Source: Octopus vulgaris (taxonomy: Eukaryota). Taken from it: a DNA stretch of 64,000 nucleotides. Below are positions 26,292 to 38,694 of the stretch, piece after piece. Under the pieces are notes generated by a model that made no database searches, was not told the DNA's origin, and was given only the letters and a program-made list of their open reading frames with translations. The stretch covers positions 38,378,001 through 38,442,000 of the forward strand of contig OX597839.1 of assembly GCA_951406725.2 (NCBI GenBank), written 5' to 3'. The translations under genes were made by a program, and so were the position numbers. Numbering within the stretch: position 1 is the first letter of the stretch; each line of letters begins with the position of its first letter.

Positions 26292-27312
26292 AAATGGATG
26301 TGTAGCATTCAACACATATATATATATATCATCATCATCGTTTAACGTCCGTTTTCCATGCTAGCATGGGCTGGACGGTTCGACCAGGGGGTCTGGGAAG
26401 CCAGGGGCTGCATCAGGTTCCAGTCTGATCTGGCAGTGTTTCTACAGCTCGATGCCCTTCCTAACGCCAGCCACTCCGAGAGTGTAGTGGGTGATTTTTA
26501 TGTGTCACTAACTTGGGACCAGTCAGGTAGCACTGGCATTGGCCACATTCAGATGGTGCATTTTTATGTCACCAACATCGGAGCCACTCAAGGGGCAGTG
26601 GCATCAACCACATTTGGATGATGCTTTTTACATGCCACCAGCACAGGAGTCAGTCAGGAGGCAATGGCATAGACCACGGTTGGATGGTGCTTTTTACGTG
26701 CCACCTGCACAGGAGCCCATCAGGGGCACTGGCTTCGACCTATGCTTGAAAGATGCTTAATACATGCCATCAGCACTGAATTCTCTTCTCTAGAAAGATC
26801 AATTTAATCAAGGCTGAGCTGGGACTAAACAATGGCAGCACCTCCAAGCATTCTGTTCCCCCCTACTCAAAAAAATGTACCCAGCTAACATCAGTAAAAA
26901 CCCAACCTATTCACATGGTGCTTTATTTAGGGACTTACCTTTGTTTAACTTTACCAATAACCTTGCCAACTGGAGCTTCTACGACGACCTCCAAAGAACA
27001 GGGGTTACAACAGGCAAACCAACAGCATCCGGCCCCAATTTTCAGCTCTCGGGTCACTTTCATTACTTCCTGTTGTGTGGGGAGAAAGAGAAGAAACTCA
27101 TAAGAGGGGTACCAGGCTATACCGCATAAAACAGAAAAGGGTGGTGGTGGCAGCGGCGGCGGCAGTATTGAAGGTGGTGGCGGCGGCAGTAGTGAAGGTG
27201 GTGGCGGTGGTGGTGGTGATGTTGGTGGTGGTGGTGATGATGGTGGTGGTGGTGGTGGTGGCAGTCGCGATGGAGGCAGTGGTGGTGGAGGTGGAGGCAG
27301 TGGTGATGATGG

Positions 27313-27353
<41 letters not shown>

Positions 27354-27932
27354 CAGCAATAATTGCTACTGTTACTTCTACTATCACTAATACTATTACA
27401 ACTACTACTTTTACCACAATTACTACTTTGACTACTGTTACTACTCATACTACATCTACTACTACTCTTACTACTACTACTACTACTACAACAAGATAGA
27501 TAGAAGAGGTTGTAGTACTCACCTGTCCCATATTGTCAATCATGTGCATGACGAAACCTCTCATACTGCCCAGACATTGTCTCATACATAACTCTGACTC
27601 TGAGGAGAGAAAGAAAGAGAGAGAGAGAGAGAGAGATAAATAGATTGAGCGAGAGAGAGAGAGATAAATAGATTGAGAGAGAGAGAGATAAATAGATTGA
27701 GAGAGAGAGAGAGATAAATAGATTGAGAGAGAGAGAGAAATAGATTGAGAGAGAGAGAGAGAGAGATAAATAGATTGAGAGAGAGAGAGAGAGATAAATA
27801 GATTGAGAGAGAGAGAGGGAAAACAAAGTTTGTGGGAGGAAGGAGGGGTAAAGAGGCACATAGAGGGGGAATAGAGAGTACAGAGAATAACACAAGGTGA
27901 AAGAAAGTGAGAGAAAGAGAGATGAAACACAT

Positions 27933-28028
<96 letters not shown>

Positions 28029-30102
28029 GAAAGAGAGAGGGAGAGTGAAAGGTGAGAGGAAGGGAGAGGAAGCACTTAGAAAGAAAGATCAGAGGGAGGT
28101 TGGAGAGCGCATAGAGGAATTAGGGAGATAACAGAGAGAAGATAGTGTTATAGGGAGAGAAAAGGGGCAATGAAGGCCAGAGAGGTAAAGTTTTGTGTAA
28201 ATTTGAAATAAAAATTTGGTAAGTTTGGTATGACTCCTTTACTATACAGAACAATAATGAAGAAAGGTGTGAAAAGGGATGAGGGATAGTGTGGGAGAGG
28301 GGGTAGAGAAGGCATAAAGAAGGGGCATGAAAGAGTTGGAATAGAGAAAAAGTACCAAATACTTCATCTTACCTTCTGCTGCTATGTAAACCTGCTGACC
28401 CAAAGAATTAAGGACAGTGTATTTGTTTGAAGATTCAAATGAGGTAAAAGCTGGAGAAATAAAGTAAAGAAGGAAAAAAGGAAATTATTTAAGAATGGGA
28501 TAAAGCATAAATAGAGAGACTGTTGAATGATTTTTCAACCTCGCCATATCTACAAAACAGTTTATATCTATGGAAAAAATTATGTCTCTCAAAGAACCAA
28601 GTAACTTGAGAGTGTCTACAGGATGGCAACAATAAACAGAGATATTCATGAAAAACAGGAAAAACAAAAACACGTTTAACAGACCTTCATCAGCTGTTGA
28701 TCAGATATCAACATAGTTTCAACACCTTGAGACAGGCTCACTACCTCATTAAACTTTAGCTATTTACAAAACAGTATGGAGAAAGTTATATTATATCTCC
28801 CAAGGGTGTCCAGTTAATTCATTGACGGCAATTTGTCTTCATTTAATTAGTCCCCAGTCAATTCGTTGTCAGTCAATTCATCGTCAGTCAATTCATCGAG
28901 ATCATAGGCAAAATGGAAGAACAAATACCTGAAGTAACTTGAGAGTGTCTACAGGATGGCAACAATAAACAGACATATTCATGAAAAACAGGAAAAACAA
29001 AAACATGTTTAACACACCTTCATCAGCTGTTGATCAGATATCAACATAGTTTCAACACCTTGAGACAGGCTCACTACCTCATTAAACTTTAGCTATTTAC
29101 AAAACAGTATGGAGAAAGTTATATTATATCTCCCAAGGGTGTCCAGTTAATTCATTGACGGCAATTTGTTGTCATTTAATTTGTCCCCAATCAATTCGTC
29201 ATTGGTTAATTTGTCCCCAGGTCAATTCATCGTCAATCAATTCATCGGCAAAAAAGACTTATTGAATAAGTACTGGGCTTACAAAGAATAAGTCCCGGGG
29301 TCGATTTGCTCGACTAAAGGCGGTGCTCCAGCATGGCCACAGTCAAATGACTGAAACAAGTAAAAGAGTAAAAGAGAGTAATTCCTAATAATATTTGATA
29401 ATAAAAATATAGGATTTTATTTAACCCTTTAGTGTTCGCATTATTCTGCCAAAATTAATGCTCTTTTATCCACATTGTTTTGAACTAATCACGCATTAAT
29501 CTTGTAGCTATGAGATTTTGATGAGGTAGCTGTTAATTTTTAAAACGATATTGTAGGGTTGGTGTGAGAGACCAGATCTGGCCAGTTTGAACATAAAACA
29601 GGCAGAATACTTTTGGCCGGATATGGCCGGTTTAAATGCTAAAGGGTTAAACATCAAATGGTAGAGAAAACCGAAATCAAAGGATTCCATAAATCAAAAA
29701 CCATTGAGGAACATTGAATTAGACCAGCAACGATCAAACAACCAAATAGTCTGCTTAACATAAGTTAAATCTCCAAAAAGTTAAACTAACAAACACTTAG
29801 ACCAAGGGTTTCACAGTAAGGTACATTCAACATCAGTTAGACCACTAGCATTAGCCAGGACTTACTCTCCAAAGCATCCACTTGTTGTTGTATGAGAATT
29901 TGATCCACCATGGTCAAGTATTCCAGGCCAGGAGGGCAGTTGGACGTGTTTTCTGGACGGGCCATCCATTGTGGCATATTTTGACCACCTGCAAAATATA
30001 GATAGGATGATACTGTGACTGAAGGCTGGGGTACCTAAAGAGATAGACAGACAGACAGACAGGCAGGCAGGCAATAGATAGACAGATAGATAGAGAGAGA
30101 GA

Positions 30103-30134
<32 letters not shown>

Positions 30135-30705
30135 TAGATAGAGAGATAGAGAGATAAGTTTCTTTATTGGCCACACAGGGCTGCACACAGACAGGACAAA
30201 TTACAAGGTAGAGCTTTTCTTTTGGGGGTAAAAGAAGGGGGTTTGGTTTTTGATCAAAAGGGATCGTAAAGGGAAAGAAAGAGGACAAAAAAGGGGGGAA
30301 TAATTTTTTTTTTAAGGGGGGGAGGGAAAGGAAAAAAAATTGATCAATAGGGATCCTTATCACAGAGATGTCAATATAGATAGATAGATAGATAAACAGA
30401 CATACAGACAGACAGGCAGATAGATAGATGTACAGATAAATATATAAATTTATATAAATAAGGATAAGATTGTTAATTTAAATATCGAACTTATCAAGTG
30501 GCCAGCATGGGAATAAAAACCTTCAAAGGTAATAATTATTATTGAAATTATAATTTAGGGTATCTTGGAAATAGCAGCTAAAACTTGACTCTAAAACCAC
30601 ATTAAATGTTCACCACCACGCTGGAAATAGCAGCCAAAACTTGACTCTAAAACCACATTAAATGTTCATATGAACATTGTCGTGTAGTGGTTGCTTTTTA
30701 CATGC

Positions 30706-30743
<38 letters not shown>

Positions 30744-33398
30744 TGCATAAACATATATTATGTCTGCATAATTAGGTAGGTATTCATGTATCTCTATTAA
30801 TATCTGTCTGAAATCTATCCACGTTTTTTGATCCTCTTGAAAAATTCATTTTGTTTGTTAGTATTTGTCCCATGAAGTCAAACTTTAGTGTAAAAGAAAG
30901 AATCAATACAATTCTTATAAATGTTTGAGATGTACATTTTTATATCAACCATCGTACAAACAATAACTCTGAGCACCTTTTCAAACACCACCCATCTAAC
31001 ACCCGTGGACATATTTACAAAGTCAGAAAACAGCACAGCTCCCATGACTTCAGGAAACATCTTTTCACGCTGAGAGTTGCTGAAGCATGGAACAAACTGC
31101 CGGCATCAGTTGTTAGTTGTCGGAGCACTGCATCCTTCAAAACTTCCATGCTTCCTGAGATTCGCCAACACTACACTTGATTTTCTCCCCTCCATACACA
31201 CACAAGCATGTATCTGACTCATACATTGTTCGCTTTCCAGACATTTCTACATTACTGCATGTACTTTATATGCACTTTCTGACAAGTTGTGGTGCACCTG
31301 AGCACTGTATACAATAATTTCATTATTATTAAATGTTTGATAGGCGCAGGAGTGGCTGTGTGGTAAGTAGCTTGCTTATCAACCACATGGTTCCGGGTTC
31401 AGTCCCACTGCGTGACACCTTGGGCAAGTGTCTTCTACTATAGCCTCGGACCGACCAAAGCCTTGTGAGTGGATTTGGTAGACGGAAACTGAAAAGAAGC
31501 CCGTTGTATATATGTATATGTGACCACGTGTGTACCATTGGCGATTTTTTTTTTTTTCCCTCTGTCTTCCTTTCTCTGGATCTTTCCTTCTCCTATGTTT
31601 CCGACGAAGAGCTCCGCTCGAAACGTTAAACCCTCCTTCTTTCCTGAGCATCCAATAATACTATATTTGTTCCACGTCCTCGTGTTGTTGTGTCTTTTTG
31701 TGCTTTCTTGTTTGGATTAACTATATATGTATATATATGCGTGTGTGTGTTTGTCCCCCTAGCATTGCTTGACAACCGATGCTGGTGTGTTTATGTGTCC
31801 GTTACTTAGCGGTTCGGCCAAAGGGAGACCGATAGAATAAGTACTGGGCTTACAAAAAGCATAAGTCCCGGGGTCGAGTTGCTCGACTAAAGGCGGTGCT
31901 CTAGCATGGCCGCAGTCAAATGACTGAAACAAGTAAAAGAGTAAAGAGTAGGAGTAAGAGTACAGCTTAGATATCTCATGATTTGTGCCTCTGACTGTCA
32001 CATATGAACATGAGAATGCCCCCGACCCCACGGGCAAAAGAATTAAATAATTAAAAATATACATTACAAATTAAACTCCTTAGTGGCTGTGTGGTAAGTA
32101 GCTTGCTAACCAACCACATGGTTCCGGGTTCAGTCCCACTGCATGGCATCTTGGGCAAGTGTCTTCTGCTATAGCCCCGGGCCGACCAATGCCTTGTGAG
32201 TGGATTTGGTAGACAGAAACTGAAAGAAGCCTGTCGTATATATGTATATATATATATATAAGTGTGTGTGTACGTGTGTGTTTGTCCCCCTAGCATTGCT
32301 TGACAACCGATGCTGGTGTGTTTACGTCCCCGTCACTTAGCGGTTCGGCAAAAGAGACTGATAGAATAAGTACTGGGCTTACAAATAATAAGTCCCAGGG
32401 TCGATTTGCTCGACTAAAGGTGGTGCTCCAGCATGGCTGCAGTCAAATGACTGAAACAAGTAAAAGAGTAAAAGAGTAAAGAGTATGTACCCTGTTAGTA
32501 TATAAAGTACCCTTGTTATATATAATATAGCCATCGACATACCTGTGTTTTGAGGCTGGGCTCTAGGCTGATTAAATCCTATGGCTGATTCGGAAGTGAA
32601 CCCTGGTGGCACAGGTGGTTGGGATTTTGAGGCATTTGTTGTTGGTGGGGGTACATACCCAGGTGGTGCAGGAGGCTTACCTTGACCTTGGCCTGATACT
32701 GGTGGCTGTGAGTAGCCTCCTGACTGGGGTGGGGCATAGCCAGGTTGTTGACCCTGGTAGCCTTGAGGCTGCTGGTTTGGATACCCTTGTTGTTGATTGT
32801 AGTGTCCTTGTGGTTGCTGGTTAGGGTACCCCTGGGGTTGCTGTTGAGTAGGGTAGCCCTGAGGCTGTTGCTGATTAGGGTAACCTTGTTGTGGTTGCTG
32901 TTGATTAGGATGCCCCTGTGGCTGCTGTTGACTTGGGTAGCCTTGAGGTGGCTGCTGTTGACTTGGGTAGCCTTGTGGTGGCTGCTGGTTAGGGTACCCC
33001 TGTGATGGTTGTTGGTACCCCTGTGATGGTTGTTGGTACCCCTGTGGCTGTTGTTGGTTTGGGTACCCCTGTGGTTGTTGCTGGGTTGGGTACCCTTGTG
33101 GCTGTTGCTGGGTCGGGTACCCCTGCGGTGGTGGCTGTTGTTGGTTGGGGTAGCCCTGTGGTGGTGGTTGCTGAGCGTTGTATCCTTGTGGCTGTTGCTG
33201 GTTTGGGTACCCCTGTGACTGCGGCTGGGTAGGGTACCCTTGCGATTGCTGTTGAGGGGTAACATTCGATGGAGTAGAAGGTGGTAGAGTTGGGTATGCA
33301 CCTTGTGAAGGAGGTGCATCAGGGGCTGCTTGCTGTGAAGAAGGGGTGTCATCAGAATCTAAAATATGAAATATTGAAAATATTAAGAAAACAGTTAT

Positions 33399-33456
<58 letters not shown>

Positions 33457-34950
33457 CGTATATAAAGATATAAATGTATCTGTCAAGACCTACCAAAAAC
33501 TGAGCAAATATAAAGATCTTGAAATAGAAATCAGCAAAATGTGGAACCCGAAGACTAAAACAATACCTGTTGTTATAGGTGCCCTGGGAATGATAGCAAA
33601 AGGGGCTGATTGCTACCTAACTCAGATACCAGGAAACCCAAAAATGGCAGAAATTCAAAAGATAGTGCTCATGGGAACTGCTCATATCCTACGCAAAATA
33701 CTTTCTATGTAATCTCAAGGTTTAAAACAAACATAATTTTCGATTTTTTATTTTTTTTTTTTTTTAGACATTCACTAGTACAACACCCAAAAAAACCCCA
33801 AATATATGGCACACTTGGCATAACAACAACATCAACTTCCAACCTGTTGCCTCTTGAGGTCTCTGGGTGAGACTTGGAGCCAACTTGTACAAATATGAAG
33901 CAAAAGTCAAACATAGAATAATAATAATAATAATAATAAAGGGTAAAATTAATTAAACAATTAATGATTAATAATTTTACCAAGTAGTCCGGTATATAGT
34001 TAATCAAAGCCAGGTGGGTTCGTTATTTTTTCACTTTACCTGCGTGAGTTGAGAGTATTACTGTCTGGGAGATATCTTATGGTAGTGGAATAGTATTTAA
34101 CTGCTATTTCTAAATTTTGGTATGTGGTGAAGCAATTTTTGCTGAACCCTAATTATAATTATGCTGATAATTATGGAATTCATTTGAAAGTGGAACGTTG
34201 CTATTGAGAGAAACGGTGACTATGTTGAGAAGTAGGGATGTAATTTATTTTGATGTATGATACATGTTCCTGTGTTGGTAATTGTACCTGTCCTAAACAA
34301 AATGGCATTACTTTTTGACTCATCCTTGTACAATGACAATTGTTTTGTCTGAATTCAATCTCATGAATCTTACTATATTATGCAATGATATATGCAAGTA
34401 TTGATTCCTGAGAAATCACAGTAATAACAGCTATTGAATCAGACTCATCAGAATTATGTATAAAATTCATTTGCAGCAGTAACTTGAATTATCAATAATT
34501 TATAACTATATCGAGTTGGACATGTTTACATAAATATATTTGCATAGTACAAGCAGAACAAAACAGAACAAAGCAAGTCACTAGTTTGACTTAGCCGGTC
34601 ACAAAGAGGGATGAATAGAAAAACAAAAGAAAACAAATAGAAAGAATAAAGAAATAGAAAAAAAAAAAGTGTTTTCATTATCAAGCGATATAATGAATGA
34701 TTGACAGTTTCTATCTCGGTAAAAGGATTTTATTGGTGTGTTCTTCAATAATGCTTTTAATGTCCATGGGATGTATTTATTGACCCATCTATTTAGATAA
34801 GAAATCCATTTGTAGCTTCTCGTTTGTAGTTGTGAAAACTAGACTCTCAACATATTCATAGATTTTCAGATATGTGTTTGATAAAGCAATCTCTGGATTA
34901 TTGTCTTGTCTGATAGCCAGTACCCATGGATGAGCTTAGTTGGGTAAACT

Positions 34951-34995
<45 letters not shown>

Positions 34996-35043
34996 ATGAA
35001 GTACATTTGCCACTTAAATGTGGCTAACCTGTAAGGGTGGATG

Positions 35044-35085
<42 letters not shown>

Positions 35086-36093
35086 AACAAAAACGCAATA
35101 GAGGACATTAAAGCATTCGAACAGATAGATGATTCAAAGGCAGACAAGAGAAACAACAATTAGAAGGACAGGCAAAAATCGACGAGTCATTTGTGGCCTT
35201 GTTTCCTCAGTCAAGTACCAGAAGTCACAACAGTTTCAGGCAGTTACACTTGAGACAGTTCGATCTTGTTACCCCCCCAAAAAGTCTAAGCATTAGACTC
35301 CTTTGTAAGAAAGCTAGTGAATGTGTAAGGTAACAAAGACAAAAAACAGAGAACATGGTACAACCAAGAGGGCTGCACTTCCCAATGGTGCCTATGGTTA
35401 GGTGAAATGTACCTTTCTGTGATACTGTAGTACCTGCTTACAGCTAAGTAGAGTGTACTTCACAATGGTACCTGTATGCAGTAAAGTGAATCACACTTCA
35501 TTGTGGTACCAACTTACAACTATGGAGACTGTACCGCAATGTGGTACCTACCCATAAATATGAGTATTGTACTTTACTGTGGTACGCAGATATAGTGTGT
35601 ACCTTTGGTATCTCTTTACAGACGACCCAAGAAAGAACCCTCAACTTGATCTATTTGAAACAATAGCCAAATTTCCTTCAAATCACATTCTACCATCTGA
35701 AATAAACAAATGTAGTCCAAGATACACTAATCCAAAAATATGAGGGGAGGAGTTAGGGTTTTTGTTAAAATCAGAGGGGCAGTACTTGTAATGTTTCTCG
35801 GGGTTTTTGAGGATGGGGAAGGGAAAAGGAAGACCAGACTGGCTGAAGCCTTGCAGTAGGGTGGACATTGCTCAGGTAGCCCCACCCGCAAATGGTCTGG
35901 GGTGGGTATTTAGCCTCATAATTGTCGTCGTCATCTTTGTAGTCATTATCATCATCATCATCATCATCGTTATTGTCATCATTGCTATATTCGTCATCAT
36001 CATCACCGTCATCATCAACATCATCACTATCATCATCATCATCATCATCATCACAATTGTCATCATCATCGTCGTAGTCATCATCATCATTAA

Positions 36094-36136
<43 letters not shown>

Positions 36137-36181
36137 GCTCTCTTTAAACTTACCCTTTTTAGATGGATTTGTGTCCGCCAT
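22583..36181 (-). CDS. PLSCR: Phospholipid scramblase (PLSCR family), spliced CDS, 10 exons, 1578 nt / 525 aa
   Basis: Exons 36181-36154, 33358-32543, 29988-29866, 28450-28373, 27599-27523, 27069-26939, 25979-25859, 25323-25221, 23281-23223, 22624-22583. All introns are GT-AG with matching phases. Translation contains scramblase hallmarks [29 protein letters not shown]...[13 protein letters not shown], Cys-rich [58 protein letters not shown]. Confidence 0.95.
23223..23281 (-). CDS. PLSCR: Scramblase coding exon 9 ([20 protein letters not shown])
   Basis: CTTCAG acceptor, GTAAGT donor, FP.DLDV.MKA.L.G..FLI motif. Confidence 0.95.
23835..24287 (+). mobile_element. R4/Dong-like (restriction-like endonuclease) LINE 3' fragment
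   Basis: Translates to [31 protein letters not shown]...[15 protein letters not shown]; ends in (TAA)n. Confidence 0.75.
24288..24780 (+). mobile_element. ~480-bp non-coding element bounded by (TAA)n tracts
   Basis: Complex sequence between two TAA tracts, ending CTCTCTCACTC(AAT)n; no recognisable ORF. Confidence 0.5.
24811..25190 (+). mobile_element. R4/Dong-like LINE 3' fragment
   Basis: [24 protein letters not shown]...[28 protein letters not shown]; (TAA)n on both sides. Confidence 0.78.
25221..25323 (-). CDS. PLSCR: Scramblase coding exon 8 ([34 protein letters not shown])
   Basis: AAACAG acceptor, GTAAGT donor, ISK..SG...E.FT.ADNFGI motif. Confidence 0.95.
25859..25979 (-). CDS. PLSCR: Scramblase coding exon 7 ([40 protein letters not shown])
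   Basis: AAACAG acceptor, GTAAGT donor, I.GP.C motif. Confidence 0.93.
26939..27069 (-). CDS. PLSCR: Scramblase coding exon 6 ([44 protein letters not shown])
   Basis: CAACAG acceptor, GTAAGT donor, Cys cluster equivalent to the PLSCR1 palmitoylation motif. Confidence 0.95.
27523..27599 (-). CDS. PLSCR: Scramblase coding exon 5 ([26 protein letters not shown])
   Basis: CCTCAG acceptor, GTGAGT donor, C.RQC.G..R.F motif. Confidence 0.93.
28373..28450 (-). CDS. PLSCR: Scramblase coding exon 4 ([26 protein letters not shown])
   Basis: CTCCAG acceptor, GTAAGA donor, FE..NKY...NS.GQ..Y.A.E motif. Confidence 0.95.
28599..29248 (+). repeat. Tandem duplication, 333-bp period
   Basis: AAGTAACTTGAGAGTGTCTACAGG at 28599 and 28932, near-identical for about 250 bp. 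Confidence 0.9.
29425..29646. mobile_element. piggyBac-type MITE
   Basis: TTAA|CCCTTTAG ... CTAAAGGG|TTAA. Confidence 0.8.
29866..29988 (-). CDS. PLSCR: Scramblase coding exon 3 ([41 protein letters not shown])
   Basis: TTTGCAG acceptor, GTAAGT donor, conserved CPPGLEYL motif. Confidence 0.95.
30158..30370 (-). mobile_element. Retroelement 3'-tail fragment embedded in (GATA)n/(GA)n; second copy at 53272-53385
   Basis: Two similar copies ending CCCTGT.T.GC.AATAAAGAAA on the minus strand next to TCTA repeats. Confidence 0.5.
30944..31330 (+). mobile_element. 5'-truncated copy of the CR1-like LINE family (ORF2 end plus 3'UTR)
   Basis: [38 protein letters not shown]...HYT* matches the end of ORF2 at 9749-9890; tail TTTCATTATTATT. 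Confidence 0.9.
31343..31950 (+). mobile_element. SINE family A with a ~200-bp Penelope-like insert (31520-31725) in its TA tract
   Basis: SINE head and tail separated by foreign sequence that carries a minimal hammerhead-like motif. Confidence 0.8.
31597..31631 (+). ncRNA. Minimal hammerhead-like motif (variant core)
   Basis: GTTT-CCGACGA-A-GAGC-TCC-GCTC-GAAAC-GTTA-AAC. Confidence 0.45.
32083..32482 (+). mobile_element. tRNA-derived SINE family A
   Basis: A/B boxes, body, (AGTAAAAG)n tail. Confidence 0.88.
32543..33358 (-). CDS. PLSCR: Scramblase coding exon 2: 272-codon Q/P/G/Y-rich repeat domain
   Basis: Acceptor TTTTAG, donor AG|GTATGT, 816 nt open frame (ORF 32379..33416), phase 1-1, repeated QQQPQGYP(T/N/S). 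Confidence 0.9.
33455..33938 (+). mobile_element. R4/Dong-like LINE 3' fragment
   Basis: [36 protein letters not shown]...[20 protein letters not shown]; flanked on both sides by (TAA)n. Confidence 0.8.
35925..36133. repeat. (ATC)n/(GAT)n microsatellite in the first intron after the scramblase ATG exon
   Basis: Visible trinucleotide tract. Confidence 0.9.
36154..36181 (-). CDS. PLSCR: Scramblase coding exon 1 (MADTNPSKK); exon begins at 36207 in the 5'UTR
   Basis: Acceptor TTTCAG ending at 36208, AAAATGG start context, donor G|GTAAGT at 36153; phase 1 matches the next exon. Confidence 0.75.
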
Positions 36182-37239
36182 TTTCAACTTGGGATCAGAT
36201 CAAATATCTGAAATCCAAAAAAAAAAGTAATTAAATTTTACATTAATTATGAAATATCTAATTAAATCATAAATATCCGATTGCAATATAAACTGATCGT
36301 TTAATGACTTAATTTAAGACTTTAAAAACATTGAGATAAATACAATACAATGCAATCAATATAAATTTTTTTCACCTTTTTTGGTACCTGAGACCATGGT
36401 TCTATCTTAATATAAATTCGAGTGATGTTTCTCTGTCTGTTATGTTTATATGTTCATTAATTTCTCCCAGACCATTGGTGCAAGGATAACGAAACTCAAA
36501 CCAGCAACTCCCCTAATCCCAGGGAATGCCCTAAGGAGGGAGGTCTGTTTTTTTAAGGGCTGCCTAACTGGGGCCCCACTGATCCACGCCCCTTCCGCCT
36601 ATTTTTACTGCATTTTAAACTAAATACATGTCATTGGCGACCAAATCGGGGCAATGATAATGAATTTCATACCATGAACTCCCATGAAGTATCGTAAAGA
36701 GATTGAATTTCTAAAATGCCACTTAAATGGGGCCCACTGACCCCCACCCTATTTTTAATGCTTTTAAACTAAATACATGGCATTGGTGATCAAATTGGAG
36801 CAATGACAATGAATTTCATACCATGAACTCCCTGAGAGTATTGTAAGGAGGTTCAATTTCTTATTTCTTTATTGCCCACAAGGGGATTAACACAGAGGGG
36901 ACAAACAAAGACAGACAAAGGGATTAAGTCGATTACATCGATCCCAATGCGTAACTAGTACTTAATTTATCAACCCCGAAAGGATGAAAGGCTAAGTCGA
37001 CCTTGGCAGAATTTGAACTCAGAATATAACAGCAGACAAAATACGGCTAAGCATTTCGCTCAGCATGCTAACAATAGAATAAGTACTAGGCTTACAAAGA
37101 ATAAGTCCTGGGGTCGATTTGCTCAACTAAAGGCGGTGCTCCAGCATGGCCACAGTCAAATGACTGAAACAAGTAAAAGAGTAAAAGAATAAAAGATTAT
37201 CTTGTAGTTAAGAGATTTTGACCACGTGATTATTTTATT

Positions 37240-37452
37240 CTTTTATTCTTTCACTTGTTTCAGTCATTTGACTGTGGCCATGCTGGAGTACCACCTTTTA
37301 GTCGAGCAAATCAACCCCAGGACTTATTCTTTGTAAGCCTAGTACTTATTCTATTGGTCCTTCTGCCGAGCTGCTAAGTTATGGGGACGTAAACACACTA
37401 GCATCGGTTGTCAAGCAATATTGGGGGAACAAACACAGACACACAAACATAT

Positions 37453-37535
<83 letters not shown>

Positions 37536-37700
37536 CAATGGGCTTCTTTAAGTTTCCATCTACCAAATCCACTCACAAGGCTTTGGTTGGCCCGAGGCTA
37601 TAGTAGAAGACATTTGCCCAAGGTGCCAAACAGTGGACTTGAACCCAGAACTATACGATTGGTAAGCAAGCTACTTACCACACAGCCACTCCTACGCCTA
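37240..37700 (-). mobile_element. tRNA-derived SINE family A
   Basis: Full body and head on the minus strand; an oppositely oriented tail lies at 37074-37195. Confidence 0.85.
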
Positions 37701-38264
37701 TATCTTACAAGATTGTTTATTTTTAGAACGATATTGTAGGGTAAGTGCAAGAGGCAGGATCTGGACAGTTATAACATAAAGCAGACACAATATTTCAATT
37801 GGAAATGGCCAGTTTAAATAATAAAGGGCTAAACTCCCTCCTTAGCTGCTCCCTGAAAACCCCCTTCTCTTTTCACACTTTTGTAAGTTTATTCATCATG
37901 GCTACAAGAGCTTTGCTGGAAACATAAGAATTAATGATATGCAAATAGATTTTGGTGGAAAATGACTCAGAGGAGGGAGTCAAAGGTGGGGGAGTTTGGA
38001 GTGGGGTGTTTTAATTTTAGTTTGTTGTAATCAACTAACCGTTTAACCGTTTGATCATTTGATCACAGCTTAATACCTGATAATTTCTGCATAGTTGAGG
38101 CACTGACAAAGCAACCATGTTTTAGTACTTATACACAGTGGTCGTGGTGGTGGCAGCAGTGGTGGTGATGATCATCATGATCATAATATCTGCAACGATG
38201 TACACAAAACCGTACATTATCAATTCTTAATCAAATAATGTAGGTGGGAGAGTGAGAGAGAAAC

Positions 38265-38379
<115 letters not shown>

Positions 38380-38485
38380 TATACACATATATATATATAC
38401 ATATGTATATATATAAATATGTGTGTGCATATATATACATGTATATATATATATACACACACGCACACATACATATATGTATATG

Positions 38486-38528
<43 letters not shown>

Positions 38529-38566
38529 GCATGTGCAAAGGTGTGAGATTTGCACGTTTGAATACA

Positions 38567-38598
<32 letters not shown>

Positions 38599-38599
38599 C

Positions 38600-38694
<95 letters not shown>

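Noticed and set aside
34380-34455. Minus-strand CTGATGA motif
   Set aside because: No correctly placed GAAA or stems; the same applies to 14285 and 60752.
35771-36187. 138-aa poly-Asp ORF ([20 protein letters not shown]...)
   Set aside because: A consensus GTAAGT donor after codon 9 splices in phase to the next exon; the acidic tract is an intronic (GAT)n microsatellite.
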